This document shows, in pieces, positions 13,501 through 28,500 of a stretch of DNA of 64,000 bases. The DNA comes from Balanoglossus misakiensis. Lineage: Eukaryota > Animalia > Hemichordata. A model generated the notes under the pieces. The model was not told the DNA's origin. It searched no databases and worked only from the letters and a program-made list of their open reading frames with translations. The DNA lies in contig CM082583.2 in the NCBI GenBank assembly GCA_040954595.2, forward strand, positions 11,359,656-11,423,655, given 5' to 3'. The translations under genes were made by a program, and so were the position numbers. How positions within the stretch are numbered: the stretch's first letter is position 1; each line of letters starts with the position of its first letter.

Positions 13501-16500
13501 AAAACTGTGTGTGTGTGTGTGTTCTTGCATTGAACAGTTCTGCTTCCCAATTCCAGTTTTGTCTCCGGGTGACTGCGTTTTTCCGGCATTTGGCATCACT
13601 GGGATGTTGCCTGCAGAGTATGACTGCCAGCTGCATACACTCTACTGTAATCACAGACATGTCAGCAGATATACTTGACACCCAATGTATCAGGAGATTG
13701 GATGCACATCAATTCAAGCAGACATCATCACCAGGAAATTGATAGCAGACAGTAAAAAATATCTCATCAATGTTCAGTATTTTAACAGGCCTGTTAATCA
13801 TGGATTATTAAAGGATCTTTATCCATATTTTATTGTACCTCATCATTCCGGTGATGTGGCAGTTTGACAAGCGATGCGCGTAGTGATTTCTCTCAAAGTT
13901 TCGGTTGCTTGGCAACGTGATGCCAACAGTAGGGGTGAATAAAATAGAGTTGATTGGGAAGTAGGTCGGTCATCTGACAAGGACATTTTCTGGTGCATCA
14001 TTACTGTCACTGAAGGACACGTTTTTCTATGATTAAGCCATGAAATGGGTGTGAGTGCATGTATCCAACTTCAACAACTAATTCAGTACATTCCAATCTT
14101 GTTCAAGTTGAATTAGAAATCAAATACTTTAATGCTTGATGGTGTGTCAATTGTGAAAAACACAAATCAACCAAAGTCTCTGAATTGCAAACATTTGTGT
14201 GTATTAAAAAAAGAATTCCATTGAGATAAAAAACATGTTATTAACCATGATGGCAAATCGCCTGATCCTTCTTTTGATACAAGGTAACGTACTGCCTTCA
14301 TCCCATCTCCATTTAGTTTATTATTAATCAATCATGTTGTTTCTACTGAATGCACATCACTATGGAGTTCCGATTTGTTAAACAAATTTGTAAAAAGAAA
14401 TCTCTGAGGCTGTATGTTATCAACCAGCCATGTGTGAAAGCATGTCATGTTTTGCAATAATTCAACTACATAAATCTTGGCAGTCAGTGAAAATTTTCTC
14501 TTGGGATAAGCTGGACTTAAAGAAACATTGTGTTTATTGCCGAAGATTTCATAATGGATGTTTTTACCGCCCACAGTCTTTAGACTGGCATCTTCTGGGG
14601 CAGTCACATGATGTAGCATTCTAAGTTTGAGTGGCTGCAGATGTAGAAAATGTACAGAAAAGAACGGAACAATTCAGCAAATGTTATCAGTAACTAAGAA
14701 CCTATTCTGTTCAGATGAAAATTATTACTGTTCTGTGCAGCATAGCTGTGAAGGAGGATCCAAAGCCCTACTGAAAGTCCAGACGCCATTAAGCCAATAC
14801 CAATTTCCATAGCTGTTTGATTTCACTCTCAAACGTTATGCCCAGCATTGCAATCCCTACTAGAACCATGCATGAAAAGCTTTGATTGCCAGTAAGGAAA
14901 TACCCTGCCTCTTTCTGATTTGTCTGCATAAGGTCTGCACATTTCATGGCTATTTTATTGCTGTGGTGATTTTCGTATTGCCCAGTGGCGTGCGAAAGCC
15001 AATCACCGAATGGACCCGTTTTTACTGGCACCTTTCGATTACACGGAGCTGTAAAAAACACAGCACTTTTGATGGAGAGAAACTGATTCACAGAATATTG
15101 TCAGTCATTAAACTTTGCATAACCCAAGAAAATAACCCCCAAGTATATGTACGCCAGTGAAATGTTTCAATGCAGCCTGAAATTGTGTCCAAAAATTGAT
15201 ACAACTCGAAGCGCGATAATACTCCAGGAGCACTATCCCAGATTACATCTTGCGTGGTTTTTTTTTAGAGACAGGCTTCATAATGGTAATTTCAGTATGC
15301 ATCTGTTTCCATGGCACTTAAAATGCAAGACAGTATTTGATCATATTCTGAATAACTTTCATCTCAAGTGTTTTGCTTGTCTGTCTGATACTGCTGTACG
15401 TGTCACTGCTTCCGTGGCAAATTTAGATGGAAGACATGTGACATGGAAGGACAAGGCAACTTAGAGATTTCTGTGTCTATATGGGCAGATCGTGTCCATT
15501 ATGTGAATTCTACATATTTAATCCATTTTCAAAGCAATTTTTAAGTTTTCAATTTTTATTATCGAGACACATTTTCATCTGGAGACGTATTCTTCCACAT
15601 CTGTTCTCTTCTGGCAGGTCATGACCGAAGTGAAGTTGTGAAGTTGTCTGTCTGTAACTTCGAGAGGAACCAGCACCACATCGTTGCCAGTGGTGAGTTC
15701 ACATTCATGGACGACCCCATCAACGACTTCTCCAGGTGGCTTCTGAACAGTGTTCGCGATATTAGCGCCCTAGATAATTCCGAAACGATAATCCAAGAGT
15801 CTGGATTTGATTACCGTAGCGAGGACCGATCCTTCTTAGACGTGCAGCTTACCAGTGCCTTTGAAAATCTCAACTTGCCGCAGTCCTGGAGCATTGTGGG
15901 GGACAACGCCAGGCTGGAACAAGGTGAGTTGGTGATGATTTCTCTGAGATGAAATTTCTAACTTAAAGCTGTTTCTGGTGGGCACTATATCATCTGGTTA
16001 TTCCTTCGGCTGGATTTTGGAATCATTTTTGAGCACGCAAGAAAATGTCAAGAGTTGAACTGTGATTTGGACATGATTTCTAAATGTTCCCAAGGTATTG
16101 ATTATAATGGGGCTTAAATCCCCAGATCGTTTACGCACACAATTTGCTTTCAGTCTATCTCAATAGGAACTTGATGCTGAAAGTGCTTAATATGTGTATT
16201 GTACTGGTCATTGATGCAAATTCCAAAAATTCAGCAGAAAGCATGAGACAGTCAGACAAGGAAACAAATCTTGAATCTGAACTTTGTGTTCTCAATCATA
16301 TAAATCTCATCTGGTTTCTGATTGGCTGAGATGAAATTTTTTTCAGTCGTATGATCTGATTTCAGCAAGAGATTTTACATGGTGTTTTTTACTTGTGGTA
16401 CATAGTACTAATGTTTTAGCAAATATACAAGTCTTTTTATAGAACAATGTTACGCAATGAAAGCAAAGGAAATTTCTTATGTATAAAATATGAATTCACA

Positions 16501-19500
16501 AAATATACTCAAGCTGAAATCAATACTAGACGATTGATATATATCTGAGCAGAGCACAAATATCAATTGAAAGTTTGATTGAGACTGCTGAATCCATTTG
16601 TAACATGAAACCCTGTCTGAAATGTAACAGATTGAATTCCATGTCGACGTCTTTCATAATGAGCAACTAAGGAAGCTTTTTTCATTCAAAGACAGGATCT
16701 GGAGTTATTCGATTGTGAGTAATTTCTATCAACAACATGCCCACAGTTATTGCGTTATCTCGATGCAGTGTTTTCATTATTGGGAGATAAGCGACCGCCC
16801 ATGTGGCTGGTAGGAAATGTGAAATTTGATGGCGAATAGCTTTACTGCAGGATTTCGGATATTAGAATATTGTAATGTGTGCAAACTGAAATTGTAAGGG
16901 ATTTCATCAACTATTTTATTTGTTCAAATGCTCATCTTGTCTCAGTCAATCAACCAAGCAGACCGAGACGGACAGATTGATGCGTGTCTCTCATCAAATG
17001 TTATGGTGTCCAGCCATACGTATCTGTAGTCACTTCTACGATGTCGTTGCAGAGGCTCGACAAGTCGTGCTTTGGTGTTTCCGCATTTTCCATGCATCAA
17101 ATGACACACGACTGACCAGACCCCATAAACATTTCACTACCATCAGTAAAGATGACTGCTCGTAAAGAAATTTTGATTAACTGATCACAGGGTTAACACG
17201 CTTCACCCGGAACACGATTTCTGTGCCGAAATCAGAGAGAGAAAAAAGTACATTCGTGGTTTATCAGCCAAGCCAGTCACACAACACGCATGCATATCCA
17301 GACATCAATCTCGGCCAGTCTTAGATGCGTTTAACACTGAACAACATCTGATTTTCCGCCACAGATCCTCCACCGAGAGAAACTCTTTTGCATTTCGCGA
17401 TCAGAGAGAGTCTGACTCAGTTCGCTCAGATGCTCCTCACCAAAGCAGGCAGCCAGATCGCTGTGAGACTACCAAACAAGGTGGGAGATCTCCCCAGGGA
17501 CTTGGCACTGGAGCGCGGATTAGACTCCCTAGCAGAGAGCATGTTGGAGTAAGTACCTCAACTCTTCTTCACCTGTCAATCATTTGTCCTCTGAAGTCAG
17601 AGTTCAACAAGGTGCTCAATAAGCATCATCATTAGAAGTATTAATAGTTTAATCACTAAATGTCCACCACGGGTGATCTGAAACTTAACAGCTGCATGTA
17701 TAGTAAATTAATAAGAAATCCATCTTTCAAGGATTCATTAATTAATATTTCCTCTGTGTTTATTTTTGTCATGGTGTTGTCAGTCTTGGGAAGTTTTTTA
17801 TCTCAATCCAACAGTTTGATCCAAACCTGTTATGTATGTAATGGTACGATGTAGGTTCTACAAAACTGGGTGAAAGGTTGAATAGCATTGAATAAAAGCA
17901 ATCTCAGAAGGATTACTGGAGGATAAGTTTGTTGTGCTAAAATCTGATATCCTCTGATCAGCAGAGAGATGTTTAGAGCAAGCCTTTGACCCATTTTTGT
18001 GAATGAGAGTCAAACTTTACAATTTGATTTGACAATATAGTTCTAACACAAAAACACAAAAACTTGAAGGAGTAATGTGATACATGTTTATCAACACCTA
18101 TCACAGCCAATCTAGCTGAGAAATCCAAATTCAATTATAAAATTCCCCCACCCCAGGGATGTGAATGAATTATCACACCATGGAAGATGCATGTATTGAT
18201 GACAGATAGCTGACTTTAATCAAAAGCAACAAGATGTCGGCCGATCAAGCTGATATCTGATGCATAAAATCACTGAGAAGGAATTCATGTACTGTTTGAA
18301 TCAGATGCATTTGTGTGTGGCTGATAAAACGTTAATGGGCGTACATGTGCTGCAGTTGCCAAGACAATTCCTTGGATGGTGATTTTGACCTCTGCGTTAA
18401 TGTTTTTTGTGGGTATTTGATGAAATTCAAGACACAAGTGTGTCTTGCATTGTAGTTCTACACTTTGTCCACTGCAGAGAATGTAGAATGCATCAGCGGT
18501 TCCTCTCCTGTGATTTAAAGTGGTGTCACTCAGTGATTTATGTCTGTGGGTACGTTGTGTAAGGTCATCTCCTAAAGCGCCGCTCCTCGGAGTTTAATAG
18601 CATCACTGATAATCTTTATCACTTGAAATTCTAAGAAGTTGCTGGCATTTTGCTATCTGTTTGTGAACAATAAATTGTGTGGCCCACGAGGATGTACGAG
18701 CTTGAATATAGATTGTTCTTTTGATGCGTAACAGCGCCCTCAATGGTTCTCCAGCTCCCCCCAAAATATATTGCACTCACACACAGTTTAGGGCTCTCAA
18801 TCTTGACTGTTCCCAAGTTCAACACCAACGTCATTCATGATGCACACACATTTAACGTCACAGAGCTTTAATTCAAAGATCCTCCAGATCGGAAGCCGGT
18901 AGATCTGGGAGTTCACAGAGTCAAGTTCAATTTAAATACTGTGGCACACTTTAAGAAATATCCACTTAACTTGTAATTTGTGGCAGTAGAGATATTAATG
19001 CCTCTCGGCATCGCGTTCTGTCGGGGATTTGTTTTCTGAATCCAGTCACCTTGACGTGTCACAACCTTTTAATTATCGTCACTAGCCAGTGTTTTTAAAA
19101 GCTAAGTGTAATTGTACAAACCAAACCAATGAGAGCCCATCATGATTTCTATACTTTGAACTTTGTAGCCTTATCAGCGTTGAAATGTTGGAGCTTGTGT
19201 AAGCAGTGAACTATTTAGGCTGCGTATGAACTTACATTTGTTAAACATGGCAAAAATTGGCCATCTTGAAATTTTGGGGACTGTATGAGATTTTCATCAC
19301 TCACCTAGGTAGCAAAATCCTATTTAAGGTAGTGAGAATCACCCACACAGTGTATTCAGTTTTCAAAGACCAGCTGCACAAGCTTCAAATATCAAGAAAC
19401 GGGGAAACATTTTGAGGGTTTGTCAATACTACCATGGAGTCTACCACACTGATTTCTATGATATCGGATACCTCATTATAGTTTTGACATTTTGTATGAT

Positions 19501-22500
19501 CCAAGACATGCTACACCAGCTTCATCCAGGTACTCACTCGGCTAGAATTGCAGGGACCAGAGAGACTCCTGATTGAGTGATTCTATAAAATTCAGGCTGC
19601 CTCACAGTATGGCAGCGTAGGAATTCTGAAACACTTTTGTAATTGGGCTAGTGGTCTACCGGTACTATTATGAAGGGAATGATCCCACTCCAGGCAGATG
19701 AAAATCGAGTTTCTGTAGAATTTTACACGGCGTCTCCAAGCTGTGTGATGCCGGGTTTCTGCCTGCCATAAATCAAAATGTCCGCCCTAGGGAGCTGTGA
19801 TTTCTGACGCCCAATTTCTTGTAACTCATTGTGTTTTAATCATTAATTTACATGATGTGACTCATTTATGCGTATGCACACCTTCCTCTATCAGCAGATT
19901 ATATTTTCTTTGAATAAATGATTCCACATAATAAATACTGCGTCTAGAGTTTGATGCTTATGTGCATATGAAACCAAAAATCAAATCTGGGGAACAGAAT
20001 TTGCATTGGTGCATAAGTGATCCAGACATCAGTTGAATGAGTCGTTTTAGGTTTCCCATGGCTTCTATTAGTTCATTGTTTGAACACATTATAGCAATTT
20101 TATTCTGCTGTGTTGTATGCGAGCTGCTGAGAAAATGGGATGAAAAGCCCAGTATGACGGAAAATTGCAAGGCTGATTCAGAAGTTTAATGTGGGCAGGT
20201 TTCTCAGTGGATGTAAGCATCCTGTGTCGTAAGAAGGGCGGTCTCCATGGCGACGCTGATGTCAAGTTTCTGAGGTGTAGTCTCCTGGGGGTGGTCTTAA
20301 GTAACACGAGGCAACAATATCAAGCGATGAGTATTGAGGTGTTTAAACGGCGTAGGCAACAAAATACCTAATTGTCCGCGTCTGCATTAGCCGTGTCTGC
20401 GTCGAGTCTGATCAGAAGTGAAGCGGAAAAGATGACCAGCATCGTGGTATTAACCAGGCAAGATAGGGATGATGAAGGAGTGAGTGTAACAAGAATCTTA
20501 TTTAATGTGCAAGTATATTGCATGTATTCAGAATACCTAATCTGTACGCAGCAGCAACCAACGTTCCAACAGACGTACGAACAGTCGAAGATTGGTTTGA
20601 AAATTTCTCTTGCCTAGCAGTATGATCTAAGTGGTCATTGTGAAGCAATCAATGCAATAGAGGGAAGCTTTACCAAACTGTAAATATATTTTTAGGACAG
20701 CTTGCTTAAATCTCGGCAAATTTAATCCTTTCATGACCATGGTTCAGTCCAAGCCCATTGTTTTCTATGGTATTTTAAGGTTGGACCACTGAAGATGATG
20801 GCTGTTTCAATTTATACTTGAGAGTTTGTCATGTACATGTACACTCCTAGTTCGTGGATTGTGGATCTTGTCAGTATGTTTTTTTTGCGTGATTCAAAGA
20901 GGATACTCAATTTAGCTTTCACCTTTCATGAATACTGAAGTCTGTGATGGGGAGGTTTTGCACGGAGCGGGGAGCTTGGGCCTTGACCAGAGATGGACAA
21001 GGATGATGAGGCCAACCTAATTAGCATTCACAGAATACTCCAATAGAAAACCAGCTAATGGATTGAGCTTGCACTTGCAATCTGCACACATGAGCTGAAT
21101 TGCAAAGCAGACAATAAGCGTCAACACACACACACACCCTGAGCAGTTTGATAAACCAGTCACTTACAACAGATAATTTATGTGTTCACGTCTTTTTCAT
21201 TCCAGGAGTAATGAAGATAGCAGTATTAGCAAGTGGGAGACAGGCCAATCACAGACAACGATCCGAAAACATTCTATCGGCACGGCAACAATCTCAAATA
21301 GAGTTTCTGGAAACAGTGAAGGTATAGGTAAGGGCAGCCTATTTTCTTTCACAGAAAGAGATAAAGAGACTTTACATTCTTCTTTTTTCTTAAATCCTGC
21401 TGATTCAACATCCATTACAGCTCTATTTGTTGCTTGGAGAAGTAATGTATCACAAACCAAAAGACATAATTGTGGTAGATGTGAGATATTTTCTCACACG
21501 AGTATTCAGATATGCCTATAAACAGGATAAGTCGCGTTGTCGTGACTACTGATTCCAGGTGTGCTAAACAGTGAGCTAAACAACAAACCTCAACCAAATG
21601 TTAAAAAAAAAAAAATTATGTAGGGACTTTATCCTTTGCTTTGTTTGTGGTATAAACCCACAATGCACTTGTTCCACTGGGTGTTCTGAGTGAGTTCATT
21701 TGCTTTTGAATGAGGAAATGAGCATCAGAGTTTATAACAAGCAGCTGAGGTTCTCTTGTTGGCATGGTAACCTATTCATGCGGCCAATTGTGACTGGGAG
21801 CTGGATTGTATCGTTGTAGGTTTGGCCATCACAGTGTTTGTGATTTGGTTTTTACAGTCACCGAGATTGCTGGCAAGAAAACCCATTTGGAGTTCCTTCA
21901 AATCCACGCAATCATTAAAAAAATGTTTTCACTGCAATTGCGTCTTTCAAAGTGGCAGTGAAAGTCTGGGTGATTTTTTTCTCTCAAGCTACGACTAATG
22001 AGCCATCGAGGGTATAATGTGTCTCACTGAAATGAATCTACTAGAGTACTGGCTTGCTTTTACTCGGCGATAATTTGCTTTCTACCCCAAGGGCATGTAC
22101 CCGTAGCCAGATTTTCTAGCCACGATGCTCTGTGCTCAATTTTACTGAGCATATGATTTGAGCTACAGCCTCTCAGATGCACAAACTTCAGCTCAGCTCT
22201 CTTTCCAGCCTGTTTTAATTAGACAATTGTGGTTTGAACTGGGTTTTGAGTTAGATTGCTCCATTTTCTTGTGCGATGACCCACTCTGTGGCAACTTTAT
22301 AATACATGTAAATGTAGTAATGTACTTCCCAATTTCAGACGAAGCTATCAAAATGCTGCGTGAAGTTACATCGTTGATGAAAGGTGATGCCCGGAAGAGG
22401 TTAAAGTTATCTCACAACTGGTCGCGAGGTGAGAGGATGAACTAACTCTTCTTTCTGTTTACCTCTGTCAGCTTTAACCCATGTGTGTTTCCATGGTAAC

Positions 22501-25500
22501 AACCACTATTCAATCCAGCATGCAAAATTCTCACTTTACCTTTACTGTTTACTGGACCAGGTGTGCAGTGACTGTAAGGGTTCTCTGTGTTTCCTGTGCA
22601 CATTTGACCTATATGTTCAAAATTTGCCGAAAGAAACATTTTAAACAAAAAAGTAAGAGATTAACCACCAAAGCAACCTGAATATTTACCTGAAAGTATG
22701 TTTTCTTTCTTGAGTACCATTACAAAAAATGAAGGATAAAAAACCTTGTTTATTCAAAATTTTGATTGGTTTCTAAAATGGTCCATTTCTGTTGTGTACT
22801 CACGTAGTTGACATCGATGAAAATGAACTTAGGGATAACCAAAATTCGCCTTCGTCGGGGCTCTACATAGAACAAAGAGCACCATCGCCAAAACACCAGG
22901 CAATACACGAAGATAAAGGAATTCACAGTAGTTACAATGAAAACGCCAGTCATCTTGCTATACCCACAATCAGTGTCACAGACCCATTAGACAACAATCA
23001 CATTCTTGGTATGTATTTCTTTTCTTCTTTCTTTTTTTCTCTTCAGAAATGCTGGATTCTTTCTTGTTTTACATTTTTTTAGAGAGTTCTCTGTGAAGTG
23101 TGTATCCGTTTACAATTGATTAACAGTGTCAAGTTTATCTGCTGAAATCTCTCTCCTGACAGTTTACCCCCTGAACATTTACTTCTATCAATGCTATCCC
23201 TAAACCTAGCTGTAATTGGGTGGTGGGAACTCTTCAGGTGGTAAATTTCTAGGGGTAACTGTCCTGATACCCTTCCATCTAGATATGCATTTGGAGAAGG
23301 CTGATTGAAGTTTTGTTTGTCTTAAATGCGTGTCTGTCTGTCTGATGATATTATGTGTTGATACTTTTGGTAGCAGTGAGCTGATTTGTTGGGCGGAAGT
23401 TATTTCCTCTCTTCACAAGACAGGAAAATCACTTCTGACAATAAATTCCTGTCTCTGTGAAAGAGTAGAAGGAATGCAGGGCATCTGTGATTGTGTTATT
23501 TCGTAATTGAACTGAAATTATAGTGCGAGTTTGTTGATGAGTTGGTATAGAAGTGAGCATTAACTAAAGGTATTTTGATAGGTTTTAACTGCAGAAATTT
23601 TTGTGAACCAAAGGAGGTCACACACATGACCCCACACCTGCCGACAGCGGAGTTAAGGAATGCTAGAATATCGTTTAGTGTGTCTGCCCATCAGAGCGAC
23701 AAATGCCATCTACTTCACAGCTGGCTAGCCAACTGTCTCATTGTCCTGCGTTTTCTTTTGCAGAGGAGAACTTACGTCGCCTCCACGACATCAGCGAGGA
23801 CATCCAAAAGAAGCGAGAGAACAAACAGACGTTGCTGCTAGTGGAGGTGAGAAAAAACAAGCGGATCTGTTCTGTGATGCTTGGGAGAAATGGCTGTTGT
23901 CAGAAATAAATAACATGTGAATGAGAGTCTGTGATACAAATATGATTATATTGCTTTCATAAAAATGTTGTATCTCTGTGCCAGTCGTGCTTTTTTAAAT
24001 CTGTTAATGTATACATGAATTCCTGTGTGGTGCATCTGTCAACGCTTTGTGAAATTTACAGTCAGCAATGTATTGCAGCACTTAGAAAAACAATGTAAGC
24101 TTCAATTGGGGCTAAACAAGTGATTTATGAAAACCGCAAGAATGACAAAGTCCAAAAGGTCGAGATGCTTTTGTAGATGTTTTCTTAGAGGAGGGTCTGA
24201 GACACATCCCTTCGCACTTAACATTACAAGCAGTGATGTTTCACTCATCAGTTACATGAATGTTGTAATGGTTCGTTCAGGGCAAGTGTCGCCACCATAA
24301 AAATAAACCTGCCAAGTGCCGAGGCACGGCTACAGTTGTCTTTTATCGGCGCGGTCCTCCCAGTTGGTCTGCGGAACAAGTGAAGTTTGTCCAGAGTCCT
24401 TAAAATAGAATAACATTGCTGGCGAACCGTTCCCCCTCTTTGCAAGGTTGTCCAACCGTGGCAAATTCGAAGTGATATAAACGCAGATTTCCACGCAGTT
24501 TGCCCGTGAACAGTTTGCAGTGTAGTGGCAGATGTTGAAAGTGATTTGTTTCACGAGGCTGTGCTCTCAGAGGTCGTGATTTTGCAGGAAGTGCGATGGA
24601 GACAGCCTGTTCAAAGGTGTCGGAAACGTGAAGCTGTCTGTGTGCGGGGATAAAAATAGTCGTGCAGAGGTGTCAGGTTTCGTTTTTGAAAGAGGTCTGT
24701 TCGCTGCCGTTTAAGTCAGTAGAGCAGTTGTGAACAGTGTCTCAGTCTCGCGTGTGCAACGTCTGTGGCAGAGGGGTCGGGTCTTTGAATGAGCCAGGTC
24801 CCCTGCAGACAAAATGGTGATCTGTATTGCAGTCAGCATCGACTTCGGAAAGTGGAACTACTTCTATGTACCTGTAAGTGATAAACTTCATGTACCAACA
24901 CACCGAGCATTTGCGTTGGTTGTTTCACTTTGTTTTTCGCACCTCTGGGTCTGGGAGAAACAGTCTCCCAAGGTGTCAAGAACATTGAACCAAGGCGTCA
25001 TGGTTTTAGGCGCCAACACCATCGTCTCCCTATGTCAGAGGCAATTGCATGAATTGAATCGAAAGGATGTTGACCGGAGCTGTCTCAAGGGGTTCTCACT
25101 GCAGTGCTTATGTGGCTCCACCACAACAAAACACTTCACATCAGATTTGTCATCGACATCACCTTGAAGAGAAATTTTGTTTTTGTTACATCTCAGCGCT
25201 CTGCCCCTCTAATCTTGTTTTCCTCTCTTTTTTCCAGGATATACGGAAAGATCACCTTTCACGATTCAGTACGTCGTGTCCTTCTCTGGCAAATGAGTTG
25301 ACTGTGGACTCTTTTCAAGACAATAGTAAGGACTTTTGAGTTATTTTTTTAAACCTCATATTCATAATTGTTTTTCATACAGAGAGTATGTTTGAATTTA
25401 TGCTGTGAAATTCAACTTTTAATCGCTGCACAAGAATAATATACACCAGCATGGTGTTGTGTGTGGAAGTGCGACTTATGGGGGGTTTCCAAAGCCTTTA

Positions 25501-28500
25501 TCAAACATAAACAGTTGATAACCTTTGTGACCTCTGTCAGAGCGCATGTTTCCTGATGTACGGTGTGAACAGACTGAGGTAATGATAAACGCCAAACACA
25601 GCTTTCAGTTGGTCTTCCTTGTTGGAATTTCTTTGTTGGGCTTTCTCAGAGTGCTCATTGTTAAGTTGAACATATTGGAGGAGAGAGAAAAAAAACATAC
25701 TGATTATAGCCATCATCCTTTCTATTTCTGTTCAGATTTGCAACCAGCAAACTCCATGGTGACCGTTTTGCCGTCCACAGACGATGAGGACGACGAACCG
25801 AGAACAAACAATTTGACTGTGGGCGTCGCGGAAACCCTGTCGGACGGTCACAACGGATCCGTGCATTTCGATTCCGAAATCAGGATATGTGTTAACGATG
25901 TCACCGTGGACAGCAGCACCACTGACTTCGTCGATGATGAGGCCCAGGACACCGTCGGGAGCCTCGACAACCGCAACCATGGCGACAGGGACACAGACAA
26001 CCATGGGTGGGGCGCGCCCATCCCGGCGTCGCCCAAGAAGAAGAAGCCCAGGAGACACAGTTGGTGTCCTGTGTCTGAGAAAGTTGCGAAGACACAGAAG
26101 AAAAGTTACGAAGAGGATGACACAGTCCTCATAAAGACGGGACGCATGTGAGTGAAATTCCAGTCATTCAATTATTTCTTAAAAGTGATTTTATCTGAAG
26201 AATTTCAGAACTAGCTTTTGCAAAGAAAGAAATAACAAAGTTCTAGGGTTCGACGGTTACATTTTGGTGACTTTGTGGATTATAATTAATCTCAACCTAA
26301 TCTAATCAATTACCATAGTTTCACTAGGAAATCAGAATTTAATTTTCTTATTATGTAAATCAGTTCTATCAGACTTTTATTGGGGGGGGGGGGGGTGTTT
26401 GTGCAGATATTCACTACAAACTCAATGTAACGCTCTTGCTCTCATCCTCATAACATGCTCCAAAAAAGACGATGTCCTTATATTTGACACTTGACTGCAG
26501 TTTTTTCCCCTGACAGGCTCTTATGTTTCCTAAGGAGGAAACAGCATAGAAAAGGCATAATTGGACTGTTCTGACTCGAATAACCTTGAAATGTCAAGTA
26601 ACTAACCGCAATCAGTCACAATTTCGTAGAATCTAGTCCAGTAAAATAAGCAGAAATTACCTTTGTTTGGTCTTATCATGCTACCTTATTGTTGCATGTC
26701 AACATTTATACATTCTTGTTCAGAATTTGCTAGTTTATTGATTGAGACAAAGAGTTGCAGCAGACCTTTTCTCCGTGAACAGTGAGACAAAAGACAAGAA
26801 ATATAAAGCCAATCTCAAAAAAGTGAAAAGTTGTATATGGCTGTTTTGTGATATGTAGTTGAAGTGGTCTTGACTGGTCTTTATGCAAAGAGGTATGGGT
26901 TGTTTGGAAACTTGATATAATAATCTGATGCATTTGATTGATATTTGAAAATGTTCAAGTGTGTCGTTACATTGTAATTCAGCCCAGAGACTGACCAGCA
27001 CCAGTTCACAGTCTCGTGACTGTTATGTGCTTGGAATATTGAATTTGATGAAACAAGACTGTGATGGCTGATTACAATCACGTCAGAGTGCAGACAGGGA
27101 TATCAGTCATGTCTAGAAAGACATCACCAAGGTTGAAGTCGAGTTAAACGCATTAGGCAATTATGCAGCACAAATTAGCGAAGATACAGAAATGCGGCGT
27201 AAAAGGGCTTTTGTGATGAACAACCATTGGGCCGTGTTCCCGAAGAGCGCCATCTGTGGATAAAGGCACACAGGCTTTCGTTTATTACTGACCTGGGTGT
27301 ACAAGTACACAAAATTGGCACGTGTGGTAAATGTCCTTCTTTGGGGAGCGTATTTTGTCCTTGCTGTGTTGGTCTTATTTTTGCCACATCTCTAATTTGT
27401 GCACAGGTGTGAAATTCTCTTGTCATTTTTTTGTGTCTCTGCAGTATGAGTATTAGCAGCTCTGATGAAGACAGCAGCAATATGAGCGAGGATGAGTTTC
27501 ACGATGCGGAAGACACTGTCATCTGCGAAGGAGAAGTGGACACCTCAACAGAAACAGTAGCCAATGCCCACTCACCAGGTAAGAGCCTTGTCCACCTCTC
27601 TTTTTCAAAACCAGAGTCTGTCGCCTTCCCAGATATACATGACCGTTTATTTCACAGTCACGAAAGCACCCAAACATAGAAAGCCTGACTCCGCGCTTTC
27701 ATTTTCCCACCCATTCTTTCTGACTTCTTTCCCCTCAGAAATCACGTTTATCTTGAATACGCATGTAATATTAGTTCCTCTTACAAGAGTGAAAATGGAG
27801 AAGTGGTGTTGAAAGAAATGGATAGCTTTCTGGTGGTTGTGATATCACTGTAGCCCACTGGGATTTTCTTTGGACTGTACCATTGAATTTCAGGAGGGTC
27901 CCATATCTGCTCGAGGGTATTAAAACTGCTGGACCAACATATTTAATGAAAAATTATGGATCATGTTGTTTGCATTTGTGAGGGGGGAGGGATAAAATCT
28001 TTTTTAAAGCATTTTCATCAAAGTAATTAAGTTTCGGAGCATTATGGTAAAATAGGTTTGTTAAAACTGAAAAATATACCATGTAACATGTAAGTCTAAT
28101 ATAACAAGATAATGTAGAAATGATTTTGGGCATGGCTTTATTGAACTACACGTCGTGTGGTTCATAAAGTGAAGTCGTCCGTAGTGAAGAGTTAGAATGA
28201 ATCCAAAAAACCACAGTGGTTTCGTCCAATGCTTTGATACTAATACCCCAACTTGATAATTTTCATAGATGGCTTTGATCAGGAGGGGGTCTTTCCAGCT
28301 TGTCAGTGATAGCCACATCACACGGGTCAAATGATCATAAAATTTAATACTGCCTCCAATTCCCGTACCATCTTTTATTCCGCGTGCATCTAACAATTGC
28401 TATTTTAGTCCCAACCTGGGGAGTGCTACAGTTGGTGAATATTTTTAGCTCTCGGATTTTTCTACACTATCAATTAACCGGCCGTGCCGTGAATAGAGAC

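Noticed and set aside
19250-19450. Sequence resembling a decayed DNA-transposon fragment
   Set aside because: No TIR pair or TSD can be demonstrated within the window.
22339-23846. Helical segments [15 protein letters not shown] and [16 protein letters not shown] as possible PKA-RII anchoring helices
   Set aside because: They do not clearly fit the small-hydrophobic AKAP pattern; cannot be supported without prediction or assay.
25732-26134. Overlapping antisense and alternative-frame ORFs over exon 25736
   Set aside because: Shadow ORFs of a GC-rich coding exon.
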